A stretch of DNA of 40,823 bases from an uncultured Candidatus Saccharibacteria bacterium (GCA_964537705.1 CAZICA010000005.1:1-40823), one strand, 5' to 3'. Shown: positions 27,538 to 38,284, counted from the stretch's first letter. Notes: generated by a model from the letters alone, not told the origin. Translations and numbers: made by a program.

Positions 27538-27748
27538 TTTTCTCCTCCTTTTCTTCTAATTTTTCTTTCAAAATTGTTTTTATTCTTGCTATTTGTTTCC
27601 TTGTTTTTTGGATTAATTTCACATCTTTAAGTTCCTTTCTTATTGCAGCAAAACGATATTTCCTTAAAGCTTCAAGTTGAGCTTTTAGCTCTTTTTGAAG
27701 CTCGGCTAAACTTTTTTTTCTTAATTCTTCAGCATATTTATTTGCCAT
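27530..27748 (-). CDS. rpmC: 50S ribosomal protein L29
   Basis: 72 aa, helical. LRKKSLAELQKELKAQLEALRKYRF. Sits between rplP and rpsQ. Confidence 0.93.
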   Translation of the reverse strand: MANKYAEELRKKSLAELQKELKAQLEALRKYRFAAIRKELKDVKLIQKTRKQIARIKTILKEKLEEKEEKNA

Positions 27749-27750
27749 TT

Positions 27751-28161
27751 TTATTCCTCTTTATAAATGAATTTTGTTTTTATAGGTAACTTATGGGAGG
27801 CTAATCTTAAAGCTTCCTTTGCTGTTTCTTTAGGAACACCATCTATTTCATACAATATTCTTCCTGGCTCTACCACAGCAACAAAATGATCTAAAGATCC
27901 TTTTCCTTTTCCCATAGGGGTCTCAGGAGATGTTTTGGTCATTGGTTTATCAGGAAAAATTCTTATCCAGATTTGACCTTTTTTCTTAAGATAACGTGTA
28001 ATAGCTCTTCGAGCAGCTTCAATTTGTCTTGAAGTAATCCAGGCCTTTTCTAATGCTTTTAAACCATATTTTCCAAAAGCCAAAAAATACCCTCTGGTTG
28101 CAATATCTCGAATTCTTCCTCTTTGATGTTTTCGGTGTTTAAGTTTTCTTGGCATTAACAT
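27751..28161 (-). CDS. rplP: 50S ribosomal protein L16
   Basis: 136 aa. [16 protein letters not shown]. Confidence 0.97.
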   Translation of the reverse strand: MLMPRKLKHRKHQRGRIRDIATRGYFLAFGKYGLKALEKAWITSRQIEAARRAITRYLKKKGQIWIRIFPDKPMTKTSPETPMGKGKGSLDHFVAVVEPGRILYEIDGVPKETAKEALRLASHKLPIKTKFIYKEE

Positions 28162-28804
28162 TTTTCTCTCCTTTCTTTTCTAAAGGAAAATCTCCTTTAT
28201 AGATCCAAACTTTTATTCCGATTACTCCGTAAGTAGTAAAAGCCTCAGCAAACCCATAATCTACATTTGCTCTAATTGTTTGAGTTGGAACCTTTCCTTT
28301 TATAAACATCTCAGATCTTGCAATTTCTACTCCATTAAGTCTTCCAGAAACTCTAATTTTTACCCCTATCGCTCCTGCTTTCATCACCTGATCTAATGCT
28401 TTTTTTACAGCTCTTCGAAACGCTACTCTTTTTTCAATTTGTTCTGCTATTTGAGCAGCAATCAATGGAGCAGAAAGATAGGGATCTTTTACTTCTTCGA
28501 TATTAATAGAAACTTCTGAGTTAGTAAATTTCTGAAGTTGTTTTTTAAGTTCTTCTATTCCTAAACCTTTTCTTCCGATCAATATTCCTGGTCTTGAGGT
28601 TGCAATATTTACAGTAAGTTGATTTGCTGAACGTTCGAAAGTAACATCAGCAATTCCAGCGTTTTTAAAATTTTTTTCAATATATCGCCTTATCTTAATA
28701 TCCTCTAAAAGTCTTTCAGAAGAATTTTTTTTGAAAAACCATTTAGACTTCCATGGAAGAATCACTCCTAATCTAAATCCAATTGGATTAACTTTTCTCC
28801 CCAT
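28139..28804 (-). CDS. rpsC: 30S ribosomal protein S3
   Basis: [15 protein letters not shown]-terminus. The ATG at 28804 lies 6 nt after AAGGAGG. The ORF-track start at 28810 is a TTG two codons upstream. Confidence 0.96.
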   Translation of the reverse strand: MGRKVNPIGFRLGVILPWKSKWFFKKNSSERLLEDIKIRRYIEKNFKNAGIADVTFERSANQLTVNIATSRPGILIGRKGLGIEELKKQLQKFTNSEVSINIEEVKDPYLSAPLIAAQIAEQIEKRVAFRRAVKKALDQVMKAGAIGVKIRVSGRLNGVEIARSEMFIKGKVPTQTIRANVDYGFAEAFTTYGVIGIKVWIYKGDFPLEKKGEKNVNAKKT

Positions 28805-29216
28805 TTTCAACCTCCTTTATTTTTACGTCGACTTGCTTATTTTCCTCTGTCGACCCTTTCTTTTCAGTCTTTTCTACTTCTTCTTTCTCTTCGCTTTTTA
28901 ATTCTATAAACAAATGGGCTGTTCTTTTTCTAATTGGTTTTGCTATTCCTCGAGCAGCAGGAATAAATCTTTTAAAAACAGGCCCTTGCTGTACTTGAAT
29001 ATTTGAAATTATTAATTCTTCTGGTTTTTTATTTTTTTCTTTTGCTGCAGCTAAAATAGAATTTAATGCTTTAAGAGTTAATTTCGCCCCTTTTCTAGAA
29101 ACTAAAGAAAGTATTCCAATAGCTTCGGCAGCCGTCTTTCCTCTAATTAGATTAACCACTGCTCTTAATTTTAAAGGAGAAATTCTTAAATATTTTGCTT
29201 TGCCTTTAAATTCCAT
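28788..29216 (-). CDS. rplV: 50S ribosomal protein L22 (with a Lys/Glu-rich C-terminal tail)
   Basis: 142 aa. AKYLRISPLKLRAVVNLIRGK. Confidence 0.95.
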   Translation of the reverse strand: MEFKGKAKYLRISPLKLRAVVNLIRGKTAAEAIGILSLVSRKGAKLTLKALNSILAAAKEKNKKPEELIISNIQVQQGPVFKRFIPAARGIAKPIRKRTAHLFIELKSEEKEEVEKTEKKGSTEENKQVDVKIKEVENGEKS

Positions 29217-29227
29217 TTTAGAAAAGA

Positions 29228-29533
29228 TTATTCTTCAGTCTGACGAAGTAATCCTTTTTTCTTAAGTTCTCTCGCTAATTTGCCACCATGACCTCTAAAT
29301 TTTCTAGTAGGAGCAAATTCCCCTAATTTATGACCTACCATATTTTCGACTATATAAATTGGAACATGCTCCTTTCCATTATAACAAGCTATGGTAAATC
29401 CTACCATTTCTGGAGTAATTACACTATCTCTTGACCAAGTTTTTATTACCGTTTTATCTCCTGGTTTTAATTTTTTGATTTTTTTTAAAAGTTTTGGATC
29501 TACATAAGGACCTTTTTTTAGTGATCTGCCCAT
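29228..29533 (-). CDS. rpsS: 30S ribosomal protein S19
   Basis: 101 aa. [12 protein letters not shown] and [16 protein letters not shown]. Confidence 0.97.
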   Translation of the reverse strand: MGRSLKKGPYVDPKLLKKIKKLKPGDKTVIKTWSRDSVITPEMVGFTIACYNGKEHVPIYIVENMVGHKLGEFAPTRKFRGHGGKLARELKKKGLLRQTEE

Positions 29534-29545
29534 AATAATCTCCCC

Positions 29546-30304
29546 TTACTTTCTTCTTTTTAGAATATATTTATCTGAATATTTTTTCTTTTTTCTGGTT
29601 TTCACTCCTCTAGCAGGTTTTCCCCAGGGAGTTTTTGGGTAAGGAAGTCCAATAGGAGCTTTTCCTTCTCCTCCTCCATGAGGATGATCCACTGGGTTCA
29701 TTGCCGATCCTCGAACTGTTGGCCTTCTTCCCAACCATCTACTTCTTCCAGCCTTCCCTATTTTTTCTAAATTATGTTCTTTATTAGAAACAGTTCCAAT
29801 AGAAGCCATACATTCTTTTGGAACCAATCGCACTTCTCCTGAAGGAAGTTTTAAGGTTGCATATTTCTCATCTTTGGCCAGAATAACTGCTTTTGTTCCA
29901 GCAGCTCTTACAATTTGTCCTCCTTTTCCTGGCTGAAGCTCTATATTATGAACTTCTGTTCCTAAAGGGATAGCAGAAAGAGGTAATCTTGATCCTACTT
30001 TTATCGGAGCTTTTAAAGAAGTAATTACTTCGTCCCCGACCTTGATTCCTTCTGGAGCCAAAATATATCTTTTCTCTCCGTCTTTGTAAGCTACAAGACA
30101 AATAAATGCTGATCGAGAGGGATCATATTCTATTGTTTGAACCTTTCCAGGAATATCCATCTTATCTTGTTTGAAATCCACTATCCGATAAAGTCTTTTA
30201 GCTCCCCCTCCTCTATGTCTAACAGTAATTACTCCTCTTACGTTCCTCCCCGAAATTCTCTTTTTCCCTTTAACTAATTTTTTCTCTGGTTTTATTTTAC
30301 TCAT
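29546..30304 (-). CDS. rplB: 50S ribosomal protein L2 (short N-terminus)
   Basis: 252 aa. [26 protein letters not shown] and [14 protein letters not shown]. Confidence 0.96.
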   Translation of the reverse strand: MSKIKPEKKLVKGKKRISGRNVRGVITVRHRGGGAKRLYRIVDFKQDKMDIPGKVQTIEYDPSRSAFICLVAYKDGEKRYILAPEGIKVGDEVITSLKAPIKVGSRLPLSAIPLGTEVHNIELQPGKGGQIVRAAGTKAVILAKDEKYATLKLPSGEVRLVPKECMASIGTVSNKEHNLEKIGKAGRSRWLGRRPTVRGSAMNPVDHPHGGGEGKAPIGLPYPKTPWGKPARGVKTRKKKKYSDKYILKRRK

Positions 30305-30305
30305 T

Positions 30306-30590
30306 TTAACCTTTGAGTAATTCTTCTATTTTTTCTCCTTCATATAAAGTAACAATTGCCTTTTTAAAGCCTGATTTTTTTCCTACCTGTCTTCCTCTTC
30401 GGCGAGTTTTAGAAGGGATGTTGATAATATTTACATCTTTTACTTTTACTTTAAAAATTTTTCCCACAGCTTTTTTGATCTCATTTTTAGTAGCCTTTTT
30501 AGCAACTTTAAACACATATTTTCCTTGCTCAGCTAGCAAGGTCGATTTTTCGGTTAAAATAGGTTGGATAATAATTTGTTCTGGTTCCAT
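30306..30590 (-). CDS. rplW: 50S ribosomal protein L23
   Basis: 94 aa. [10 protein letters not shown] and [11 protein letters not shown]. Confidence 0.95.
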   Translation of the reverse strand: MEPEQIIIQPILTEKSTLLAEQGKYVFKVAKKATKNEIKKAVGKIFKVKVKDVNIINIPSKTRRRGRQVGKKSGFKKAIVTLYEGEKIEELLKG

Positions 30591-30592
30591 GA

Positions 30593-31219
30593 TTATTTCC
30601 CATAAATTTCTTCTATTTTTTTAATACCTTCTTTGGTAGTTAGAAGGAAATCATATTTTAATAAATCAAAAACGTTAAGTTGAGAAGCTAAAGAAAATTT
30701 AGCCCAGGGAATATTATCAATTGATTTTTCTACAAATAAATTCCTTTCTGGTAAAACAAAAAGTACAGAATCTTTGATACCTAAATTATTAAGAAGCTCG
30801 AGCATTTTTTTTGTTTTAAATTCTTTAAAATCAAACTCCGATAAAATCTTTATCTTATCTTCTTTTAATTTATCCGAAAGAACCGATTTAATTGCTAGCC
30901 TTAAAGCTTTTTTTGGTAATTTTTTTTGAAAATTCCTCTCCTTTCTTGGACCAAAAACTACCCCCCCACCTTTAAAAATAGGAGACCTAATCGATCCTGC
31001 TCTTGCTCTCCCTGTTCCTTTCTGACGCCAAGGTTTTCTTCCACCTCCTCTTACTTCTGATCGAGTTTTAGTATGAGCCAAAACTACTCTCATATTTGCA
31101 AGTTGAGTTAAATATGCTTGATGGACTAAAGGAAGATTGGGTTGGATCCCAAAGACTTCTTCTTTAAGTTCAACCTTTTCTTTTTTTTCTCCTTTCATAT
31201 TGTAAGAATCTACTTTCAT
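30593..31219 (-). CDS. rplD: 50S ribosomal protein L4
   Basis: 208 aa. TRSEVRGGGRKPWRQKGTGRARAGSIRSPIFKGGGVVFGP. Confidence 0.96.
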   Translation of the reverse strand: MKVDSYNMKGEKKEKVELKEEVFGIQPNLPLVHQAYLTQLANMRVVLAHTKTRSEVRGGGRKPWRQKGTGRARAGSIRSPIFKGGGVVFGPRKERNFQKKLPKKALRLAIKSVLSDKLKEDKIKILSEFDFKEFKTKKMLELLNNLGIKDSVLFVLPERNLFVEKSIDNIPWAKFSLASQLNVFDLLKYDFLLTTKEGIKKIEEIYGK

Positions 31220-32001
31220 TTTTGAGTATTTTTATTTACTTTATCTTCTTCCTTTGGTTGCTTTTCTTCTTTTTGAGACTCTTTTGCTTCTTTTTCTTCT
31301 TTCTTCTCCTTCTTTTCTTCTTTCTCTAATGGTTTTTCCTCTACTAATCTCTTCTTAGCTTTCTTTCCTGTCCATTTTATTTCAAGTAAGCCTCCTTTTA
31401 TTCCAGGAACTCCTCCTTTGACCCATAAAAGATTATTCTCAGGATCTACTTTTATTATTTGAAGATTTTTTAAAGTCACTCGCTCCCCTCCCATTCTTCC
31501 TGGCATTTTTTTTCCTTTAAACACTCTTTGAGGATACATCGATCCTATCGAACCGGGTCTTCTTTGATGAGGATGTCCATGAGATCCTGGATGGGTAGCA
31601 AATCCATAACGCTTTACTACTCCTGCAAATCCTTTTGCTTTTGAAATACCTGAGATATCAACTAAATCATCTTTTTCGAAAACATCTACTTTTATCTCTT
31701 CCCCTAATTTCAAAGATTTTAAAACTTGTGGATCTTCTATTCTAAACTCTCTTAAATATTTTAATTTTTTAAATTCCTTTTTCGAAGCCTGACATTTCTT
31801 TAAATGACCTTCTTGGGGTTTTTTCAACTTTTTTGCTTGATCAAATCCTAATTGAACCGCTTGGTAACCATCTTTTTCTTTGGTCTTTATTTGGGTAATC
31901 ATACAAGGTCCTGCTTGGATTAAAGTAACAGGAATTGCTCTCCCTTCCTCATCAAATAATTGAGTCATTTTGATTTTTTTTCCTAATAGAAATTTAATCA
32001 T
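31216..32001 (-). CDS. rplC: 50S ribosomal protein L3 (Lys/Glu-rich C-terminal extension)
   Basis: MIKFLLGKKIKMTQLFDEEGRAIPVTLIQAGPC fits the L3 N-terminus, so the start is placed at the ATG at 31999..32001. The ORF-track start at 32025 is a TTG. The last ~50 residues are KE-rich. Confidence 0.95.
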   Translation of the reverse strand: MIKFLLGKKIKMTQLFDEEGRAIPVTLIQAGPCMITQIKTKEKDGYQAVQLGFDQAKKLKKPQEGHLKKCQASKKEFKKLKYLREFRIEDPQVLKSLKLGEEIKVDVFEKDDLVDISGISKAKGFAGVVKRYGFATHPGSHGHPHQRRPGSIGSMYPQRVFKGKKMPGRMGGERVTLKNLQIIKVDPENNLLWVKGGVPGIKGGLLEIKWTGKKAKKRLVEEKPLEKEEKKEKKEEKEAKESQKEEKQPKEEDKVNKNTQK

Positions 32002-32015
32002 CTTTATAAAACAAT

Positions 32016-32047
32016 CCGGGACCAAAATGTCCCGGCTATTTTGGTCC
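32016..32047 (-). promoter_or_regulatory. GC-rich alternative hairpins in the S10-L3 spacer (candidate RNA regulatory element)
   Basis: Inverted repeat GGACCAAAAT (32019..32028) / ATTTTGGTCC (32038..32047), overlapping a second one CCGGGA (32016..32021) / TCCCGG (32030..32035). The two cannot form at the same time. The element ends 14 nt upstream of the rplC ATG on the mRNA. Confidence 0.4.
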
Positions 32048-32117
32048 TTTTAAATTCTATATTTTAATGGTTAAGGTCAATTCTCATAATTTTATTTATT
32101 AAAATTCATTCCAAAAT

Positions 32118-32468
32118 TCACATTTTAATTTCTATATCTACACCCGCAGGTAAACTCAAATTAGAAAGAGCATCGATTGTTTTAGAAGTCGGTTCTATAA
32201 TATCAATAATTCTTTTATGAACTCTCATCTCAAATTGCTCTTGAGATCTTTTATGAACAAAAGGAGATCTAATCACAGAATAAAGAGACCTTTCTGTAGG
32301 CAAAGGAATAGGGCCTATAGTCTTTGCCCCTGTTCTTTTGACAGTCTCAAGAATATCCCTACAAGATTCGTCTAAAACTTTATGATCATGAGCTCTTAAT
32401 TTTACTCTTATTCTTTGTTTAGGTTCCTCTTCCTCTTCTTTTTTTTCTTCTTTTTTCTTCTCAGGCAT
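32118..32468 (-). CDS. rpsJ: 30S ribosomal protein S10 (Lys/Glu-rich N-terminal extension)
   Basis: 116 aa. [19 protein letters not shown]...GPIPLPTE...[24 protein letters not shown]. Confidence 0.96.
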   Translation of the reverse strand: MPEKKKEEKKEEEEEPKQRIRVKLRAHDHKVLDESCRDILETVKRTGAKTIGPIPLPTERSLYSVIRSPFVHKRSQEQFEMRVHKRIIDIIEPTSKTIDALSNLSLPAGVDIEIKM

Positions 32469-32486
32469 CTTTATAAAAACAAAATT

Positions 32487-33689
32487 TTATTTAATTATCT
32501 TAGTAACAACCCCTGCTCCAACAGTCTTTCCTCCTTCTCTTATAGCAAATCTCATTTCTTCTTCAAGAGCTACAGGAGCAATAAGTTTAATTTTTAAATT
32601 AACTGTATCTCCTGGCATCACCATTTCCACTCCTGAAGGAAGTTCTGTTACTTCACCGGTAACATCTGTTGTTCTGATATAAAATTGAGGTTTATACCCT
32701 TTAAAAAATGGTGTATGTCTTCCTCCCTCTTCTTTTGTTAGTACATAAACCTGAGCCTCGAATTCTGTATGAGGGGTAATTGTTCCTGGTTTTGCTAAAA
32801 CTTGTCCTCTTTCCACCTCTTCTCTTTCAATTCCTCTTAAAAGAACACCTATATTATCTCCAGCTCTACCTTCATCAAGCATTTTTCTAAACATTTCAAT
32901 TCCAGTAACTACTGTCTTTTTTGTTGGTTTCAATCCTACAATTTCAACCTCGTCATTTAATCTAACAACACCTCGTTCTACTCTACCCGTAACTACAGTT
33001 CCTCTCCCCTTGATAGAGAAAACGTCTTCAATTGGCATTAAAAATGGTTTATCTACATCTCTTTTAGGCTCTGGAATATAAGTATCGAGAACATTTGCTA
33101 ATTCAAGAATAGGTCCGCAATTAGGGCAATCAGGTTTTCCGCAACCACACTCCCAAGCTTTTAAAGCAGAGCCTTTAACAATAGGAGTATCTTTTCCAGG
33201 AAAATCATATTTAGAAAGCAAATCTCTAATTTCCTCTTCTACTAAATTGATTAATTCGGGATCATCTACTAGATCTATTTTATTTAAAAATACAACGATA
33301 TAAGGAACACCAACTTGTCGTGCTAAAAGAATATGCTCTCTAGTCTGAGGCATAGGACCATCAGGAGCAGATACAACTAAAATAGCGCCATCCATCTGAG
33401 CAGCACCAGTGATCATATTTTTTACATAGTCAGCATGCCCCGGACAATCAATATGAGCATAGTGACGATTTTTTGTCTCGTATTCAATATGAGCGGTAGC
33501 AATTGTTATTCCTCTAGCTTTCTCTTCTGGAGCATTATCAATACTCTCATAATCTCTTACTTCAACATTTTCACCTGCTGCATGAAGACATTTGGTTAAA
33601 GCAGCTGTAAGCATTGTTTTACCATGGTCAACATGACCGATGGTTCCTACATTAAGGTGAGGTTTTGTTCTTTCAAATTTCTCTCCCAT
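32487..33689 (-). CDS. tuf: Elongation factor Tu
   Basis: 400 aa. [21 protein letters not shown] and NKIDL. GGGGAGG RBS upstream. Confidence 0.98.
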   Translation of the reverse strand: MGEKFERTKPHLNVGTIGHVDHGKTMLTAALTKCLHAAGENVEVRDYESIDNAPEEKARGITIATAHIEYETKNRHYAHIDCPGHADYVKNMITGAAQMDGAILVVSAPDGPMPQTREHILLARQVGVPYIVVFLNKIDLVDDPELINLVEEEIRDLLSKYDFPGKDTPIVKGSALKAWECGCGKPDCPNCGPILELANVLDTYIPEPKRDVDKPFLMPIEDVFSIKGRGTVVTGRVERGVVRLNDEVEIVGLKPTKKTVVTGIEMFRKMLDEGRAGDNIGVLLRGIEREEVERGQVLAKPGTITPHTEFEAQVYVLTKEEGGRHTPFFKGYKPQFYIRTTDVTGEVTELPSGVEMVMPGDTVNLKIKLIAPVALEEEMRFAIREGGKTVGAGVVTKIIK

Positions 33690-33735
33690 AATTCCTCCCC
33701 TTTAATTAATTACTTTTATTTTAGTCACAAATCAT

Positions 33736-33764
33736 ATTTTAAACTAATTTTAAAATTTATGCAA
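33736..33764 (-). promoter_or_regulatory. Candidate sigma70-type internal promoter for tuf
   Basis: On the minus strand: TTGCAT (33764..33759), a 17-nt spacer, then TAAAAT (33741..33736). This sits in the 82-nt fusA-tuf spacer. The region is AT-rich, so a chance match is possible. Confidence 0.3.
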
Positions 33765-33771
33765 GTGTTTT

Positions 33772-35859
33772 TTACTCTTTTTTTCCGATTATTTGTTCAG
33801 CAATATTGGCTGGTACCGGTGAATAATGATCGAATTCCATGGTAAAAGAAGCTCTTCCAGAACTTATAGATCTTAAAGTTGTTGCATAGCCAAACATCTC
33901 TGCTAAAGGAACCATTGCTTTCACCACTTTTACTCCTGCTCTTTCTTCTATTCCATGAATTTCTCCTCTTTTTGAATTTAAATCTCCAACTATATCTCCT
34001 AAAAATTCTTCAGGAGTGACTACTTCTAGCCTCATTATTGGTTCCAAAAGAATAGCATTTGCTTTCTTGACTGCATCTTGCAAAGCTGCGGAGGCAGCTA
34101 TTTTAAAAGCAAGTTCTGAAGAATCAACCTCATGATAAGAACCATCATATAAAGTGACCTTTATATCTACAACAGGATATCCTGCAATCACACCCTTCTC
34201 GCAAGCTTCTCTTACACCTTTTTCCACAGCTGGAATAAATTCTTTAGGAATAACTCCTCCTACAATTTTATTAACAAATTCAAATCCCTTTCCCCTTTCT
34301 AAAGGTTCTACTTCTAAAAATACATGTCCATATTGACCTCGACCTCCTGATTGTCTAATATATTTTCCTTCAGAAGTGACCTTCTTGGTTATAGTTTCTT
34401 TATAAGCAACCTGAGGTTTCCCAACTTGGGATTCTACATTAAATTCTCTTTTCATTCTATCTACAATTATTTCTAAATGAAGCTCTCCCATACCAGAAAT
34501 AATTGTTTCCCCTGTCTCTTCGTTTGTCTTAACTTGGAAAGTTGGATCCTCTTCTGCTAATCTAGAAAGTGCTATTCCCATTTTCTCTTGATCCGCTTTT
34601 GTCTTTGGAGAAATAGCCAAAGACATCACAGGTTCAGGGAAACTGATTGATTCTAAAATGATAGGATTTGTCTCATCACATAAAGTATCTCCCGTGGTAG
34701 TGGTCTTAAGTCCTACTGCAGCTGCGATATCACCTGTTAAAACCTCTGAAACTTCCTCTCGGTGATTGGCATGAAGCCGAACTATCCTCCCTATCCTTTC
34801 CTTCTCTTTTTTGGTGGAATTATAAATGTAAGATCCTGCTTTCAAAGAGCCTGAATAAACTCGGAAAAATGCTAACTTTCCTGAAAAAGGATCAGCAGCT
34901 ATTTTAAAAATCAAAGCAGAAAATGGTTCTTCATCACTCACCTTTCTCACTATCTCCTCTTTAGTTTTTGGATCCAGCCCCTTTACAGGAGGAAGATCTA
35001 AAGGAGAAGGAAGATATTCAACAATTGCGTCAAGTAAAGGTTGAATACCTTTATTTTTCAAAGCTGATCCGCATAAAACCGGTGTAATTTTATTTTCACA
35101 AGTTCCTTTTCTTATCGCCTTTTTTAATTCTTCCTCTTGTATTTCTTCGCCTTTTAGATATTTTTCAAGCAAAACATCATCGGTTTCGGCAATTTTTTCT
35201 AAAAGAAGTTCTCTCCATTTTTTTGCCTCTTCTAAAAGCTCTTGAGGAATATCTTCCTGAATTACCTTCTCTCCATATTTTCCCTCATATTTTAAAGCTC
35301 TTTCTTTAATCAAATCTATTGTTCCTGAAAATCTATCTTCTTTCCCAATAGGAATTGCAATTGGAACGGGATTAGCTCCTAATCTTTGTTTTATAGAATT
35401 AAAACAAAATTCGAAATCAGCGCCCATTCGATCCATTTTATTTACAAAACAAATTCTTGGAACTTTATATTTATCTGCCTGACGCCAAACAGTCTCTGAT
35501 TGAGGCTCAACTCCCGCAACACCATCAAAAACAACCACACCCCCATCAAGTACTCTTAAGGATCTTTCTACTTCTACTGTAAAATCAACGTGGCCCGGGG
35601 TATCAATAATATTTATCATACATTGCTTTTCTTTCTCCTCAGGCCAAAAACAAGTTGTTGCTGCAGAAGTAATAGTAATTCCTCTTTCTTTTTCTTGTTC
35701 CATCCAATCCATCACTGCCTCTCCTTCATGAACCTCTCCTATCTTATAAGTTTTACCAGTGTAATAAAGAATTCTTTCAGTAACCGTAGTCTTTCCGGCA
35801 TCGATATGGGCAATAATTCCTATATTCCTGATTTTTTCTAAAGAATAATTTCTTGCCAT
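33772..35859 (-). CDS. fusA: Elongation factor G
   Basis: 695 aa. [28 protein letters not shown] and NKMDR. Full five-domain length. Confidence 0.98.
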   Translation of the reverse strand: MARNYSLEKIRNIGIIAHIDAGKTTVTERILYYTGKTYKIGEVHEGEAVMDWMEQEKERGITITSAATTCFWPEEKEKQCMINIIDTPGHVDFTVEVERSLRVLDGGVVVFDGVAGVEPQSETVWRQADKYKVPRICFVNKMDRMGADFEFCFNSIKQRLGANPVPIAIPIGKEDRFSGTIDLIKERALKYEGKYGEKVIQEDIPQELLEEAKKWRELLLEKIAETDDVLLEKYLKGEEIQEEELKKAIRKGTCENKITPVLCGSALKNKGIQPLLDAIVEYLPSPLDLPPVKGLDPKTKEEIVRKVSDEEPFSALIFKIAADPFSGKLAFFRVYSGSLKAGSYIYNSTKKEKERIGRIVRLHANHREEVSEVLTGDIAAAVGLKTTTTGDTLCDETNPIILESISFPEPVMSLAISPKTKADQEKMGIALSRLAEEDPTFQVKTNEETGETIISGMGELHLEIIVDRMKREFNVESQVGKPQVAYKETITKKVTSEGKYIRQSGGRGQYGHVFLEVEPLERGKGFEFVNKIVGGVIPKEFIPAVEKGVREACEKGVIAGYPVVDIKVTLYDGSYHEVDSSELAFKIAASAALQDAVKKANAILLEPIMRLEVVTPEEFLGDIVGDLNSKRGEIHGIEERAGVKVVKAMVPLAEMFGYATTLRSISSGRASFTMEFDHYSPVPANIAEQIIGKKE

Positions 35860-35886
35860 CTTTTAAAACTCCTTTTTCTTAGCGTT

Positions 35887-35908
35887 AAAAAACTCCTCAT
35901 TTTGAGGA
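35887..35908 (-). terminator. Weak intrinsic-terminator-like hairpin between rsmA and fusA
   Basis: On the minus strand: TCCTCA-AAA-TGAGGA (35908..35894), followed by G and TTTTTT (35892..35887). The stem is only 6 bp, and the element ends about 27 nt before the fusA ATG. Confidence 0.3.
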
Positions 35909-35938
35909 AAGTGATTTTATTTTAGTATAAAAAGAACT

Positions 35939-36766
35939 TTAAGTCAAGAATTTATATTTTCTCAAATAATTAAAAAGTCCTAGCCAATTTTTAAATGTCA
36001 TCTCTTGAGCTCTAGTTTTAAAATCTATATCTAGCTTATCAAAAATTTTTTTTAAATTATCTTTCTCTATCATTAAATTTTCGGAGAGATTATTTAAAAG
36101 AGTCTTTCTTCTTGAAGAAAAACCTGCTTTAACGAATTTAAAAAAAGGCTCGGGGTCTTTTAAGGGAAGAATAGATCTTGGTTTTATCTTAACAATAGCT
36201 GCATCAACTTTTGGCATTGGCCAAAAACTTTTTTTGGAAAAAATTTTAATTAATTCGGGTTCCCCATAAAATTCAACAAAAATAGAAAAAAATCCGCGAC
36301 TTTTTCCAATTCCACAAATACGCTCCCCTACCTCTTTTTGAACAGTCAAAATTATAAGAGAAATTCTTTTATCTTGAAGAAATTTTTTGATTAAATTGGT
36401 TGCTAAATAAAATGGTAAGTTGGCAACGATTTTGAATTGTTTTGGTAATGAAAGCTCAAGATATTTTAAAGCATCTTCATTTATTATTTTTAAATTTTTA
36501 ATCTTTTTAAAATAATCTTTGAGAAGTTCCGCTAATTTTGGATCTTTTTCTATAGCTATTACTTTATTTACTTTCTTGACTAATTCTTTGGTTAAAACAC
36601 CTAAACCTGGACCAATTTCAACTACTGTATCATCTATAGAAAGCTCGGCTGAGTCAATTATGGTTTTTAAAATTTTTTTATCAATCAAAAAATTTTGGCC
36701 CAATCTTTTCTGCGGTTTAAATCCGGTTTTTTTAATTAAAAGTTTTATCTCTTTGGGAAATTCCAT
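35939..36766 (-). CDS. rsmA: 16S rRNA (adenine1518/1519-N6)-dimethyltransferase RsmA/KsgA
   Basis: 275 aa. KRLGQNFLIDKKILKTII, SAM motif VVEIGPGLGVLT, and NLPFYL. Confidence 0.93.
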   Translation of the reverse strand: MEFPKEIKLLIKKTGFKPQKRLGQNFLIDKKILKTIIDSAELSIDDTVVEIGPGLGVLTKELVKKVNKVIAIEKDPKLAELLKDYFKKIKNLKIINEDALKYLELSLPKQFKIVANLPFYLATNLIKKFLQDKRISLIILTVQKEVGERICGIGKSRGFFSIFVEFYGEPELIKIFSKKSFWPMPKVDAAIVKIKPRSILPLKDPEPFFKFVKAGFSSRRKTLLNNLSENLMIEKDNLKKIFDKLDIDFKTRAQEMTFKNWLGLFNYLRKYKFLT

Positions 36767-37467
36767 AGTTCGATTAAGGTTTTTATAATCTGGAAATACA
36801 TTAAAACTCTTGAAAGAAAACCTTTAAAAAAACCTCTTTTTTGTTCTTTTGTTAAATGAGTAAGAGAAATTAATTTAACTGGTAAAATCCTGATCCTTCT
36901 TTCTTTCAAAAATTGATTCATAGCTACTTCAATTCCGAACTTGGTTTTAGAAAAACTTTGAGGAAAATCCTTTGCTAATTTCCCATCAATCGCTCGAATC
37001 CCTGAAAGACTCTTTCCTATTTTAGAAGCCCAAAGAGTAGGATCGAATAAATTTTTAAAATCCAACTCCTTTTTAATCTTTGACCAATCTTTCTCAAACA
37101 CTCCTAAACTAGACTTTGCTTTCTTTTCTAAAATTGGTTTAATTAAAAGCTTGATATGCTCAGGAGTTAATCCTACTAAATCAGCATCCAAAAAAACAAA
37201 GATCTCCCCTTTTGCAACTTTTATACCTTCCATCAAAGCTGCTCCTTTTCCTCTATTTTCTGGAAATCTAATCAATTTAAAAAAGTTATATTTTTTCTGA
37301 AAGTCTTTAACTATAGAAGATGTTCTATCTTTAGATCCATCATCTACTACTATTATTTCTTTTTCAAAAGGAATAGAAATCAAAACTTGAAGAACTTTGC
37401 TAATTTGTTTCTCTTCATTGAAAGCAGGAATAATAAAAGATAATTTAATTTGTTTTAGATTCTTCAT
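36745..37467 (-). CDS. Family 2 glycosyltransferase (GT-A fold)
   Basis: 240 aa. SFIIPAFNEE, VVDDGSKDRT, NRGKGAAL and LDADL. Confidence 0.85.
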   Translation of the reverse strand: MKNLKQIKLSFIIPAFNEEKQISKVLQVLISIPFEKEIIVVDDGSKDRTSSIVKDFQKKYNFFKLIRFPENRGKGAALMEGIKVAKGEIFVFLDADLVGLTPEHIKLLIKPILEKKAKSSLGVFEKDWSKIKKELDFKNLFDPTLWASKIGKSLSGIRAIDGKLAKDFPQSFSKTKFGIEVAMNQFLKERRIRILPVKLISLTHLTKEQKRGFFKGFLSRVLMYFQIIKTLIELWNFPKR

Positions 37468-38284
37468 TTAGGTATTCAAATACATATTTAGAAATATTTC
37501 TTATTGATTCTATTGCTTTTTCTTTTTCGCTTCCTTTGGAAAGGATTATCAAAATAAAAGGTGTCTTTCCAAAAATGATACCAGCATCGTGATAGACTCC
37601 GTTAAGAGTTCCTATCTTATGAGCAACTTTTATTTCTTCTGGCAAATAAAAAGGTATTCTATCTTCAAAAGCAGTTTTGGTAAGAAAATCAATCAATTGA
37701 GGATAGTCTCTAATTTTAGAAAATAAAATTCCCATATCAAATGGGGTGGTAAAATTTTTCCTAAGATCAGTATGAATAAGTCCTAATTCGTTTTTAAATT
37801 TTTCAACCTCCTTAAATCCTAAAAATCGAATTAAAGCATTTGGTGCATTATTATCACTATGTTTTAAAGAAAGTTCAGCAAGTTTTTCAAGAGTGTAAAA
37901 TCCTGGCTTAATAGAATTTTCATCAACAACCTCTTGAGATTTAAGCTCAACTATTTGTTTAAGATCTACCTCTTTTTCCTCTGCTTTCTGATAAAGAGCT
38001 AGAACGACTATAACCTTATAAAGACTGGCAGCAGGAAAGGATAAATTTTCATTTATAGAAAAAACAGAACCAGTATTTAAATCTTTTATAAAAATTCCCC
38101 AAACACCTTTTTTAGGCAGTAGTCCTTCTATTTTTTTTCTAAAATCTATTGGAAATTCGAACCTCTTTTCATATTCTTTGATTTCTACTGTAGTTTGATA
38201 AAATTGCTTCACCGAAAGATCTAATAAAAAACTCAAAGCAAGTGCAATCATTATTAAAAAAATCCATAAAACCTTTTTTTTCAT
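37445..38284 (-). CDS. Class A beta-lactamase-related serine hydrolase, membrane-anchored or secreted
   Basis: 279 aa. N-terminal TM/signal segment, SxxK (ASLYK), SDN (HSDNN) and a KTG-like HKIGT. Confidence 0.7.
   Translation of the reverse strand: MKKKVLWIFLIMIALALSFLLDLSVKQFYQTTVEIKEYEKRFEFPIDFRKKIEGLLPKKGVWGIFIKDLNTGSVFSINENLSFPAASLYKVIVVLALYQKAEEKEVDLKQIVELKSQEVVDENSIKPGFYTLEKLAELSLKHSDNNAPNALIRFLGFKEVEKFKNELGLIHTDLRKNFTTPFDMGILFSKIRDYPQLIDFLTKTAFEDRIPFYLPEEIKVAHKIGTLNGVYHDAGIIFGKTPFILIILSKGSEKEKAIESIRNISKYVFEYLNEESKTN

Noticed and set aside
32002-32025. TTG-initiated extension of L3 (MVPDCFIK). S3 has a similar case at 28805..28810 (TTG AAA).
   Set aside because: Conserved family N-termini begin at the downstream ATGs. 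For S3 the ATG also has ideal spacing from AAGGAGG.
32019-32051. Hairpin plus TTTT read as a plus-strand intrinsic terminator
   Set aside because: No plus-strand gene lies upstream to terminate. The element is more plausibly an RNA structure on the minus-strand ribosomal transcript.
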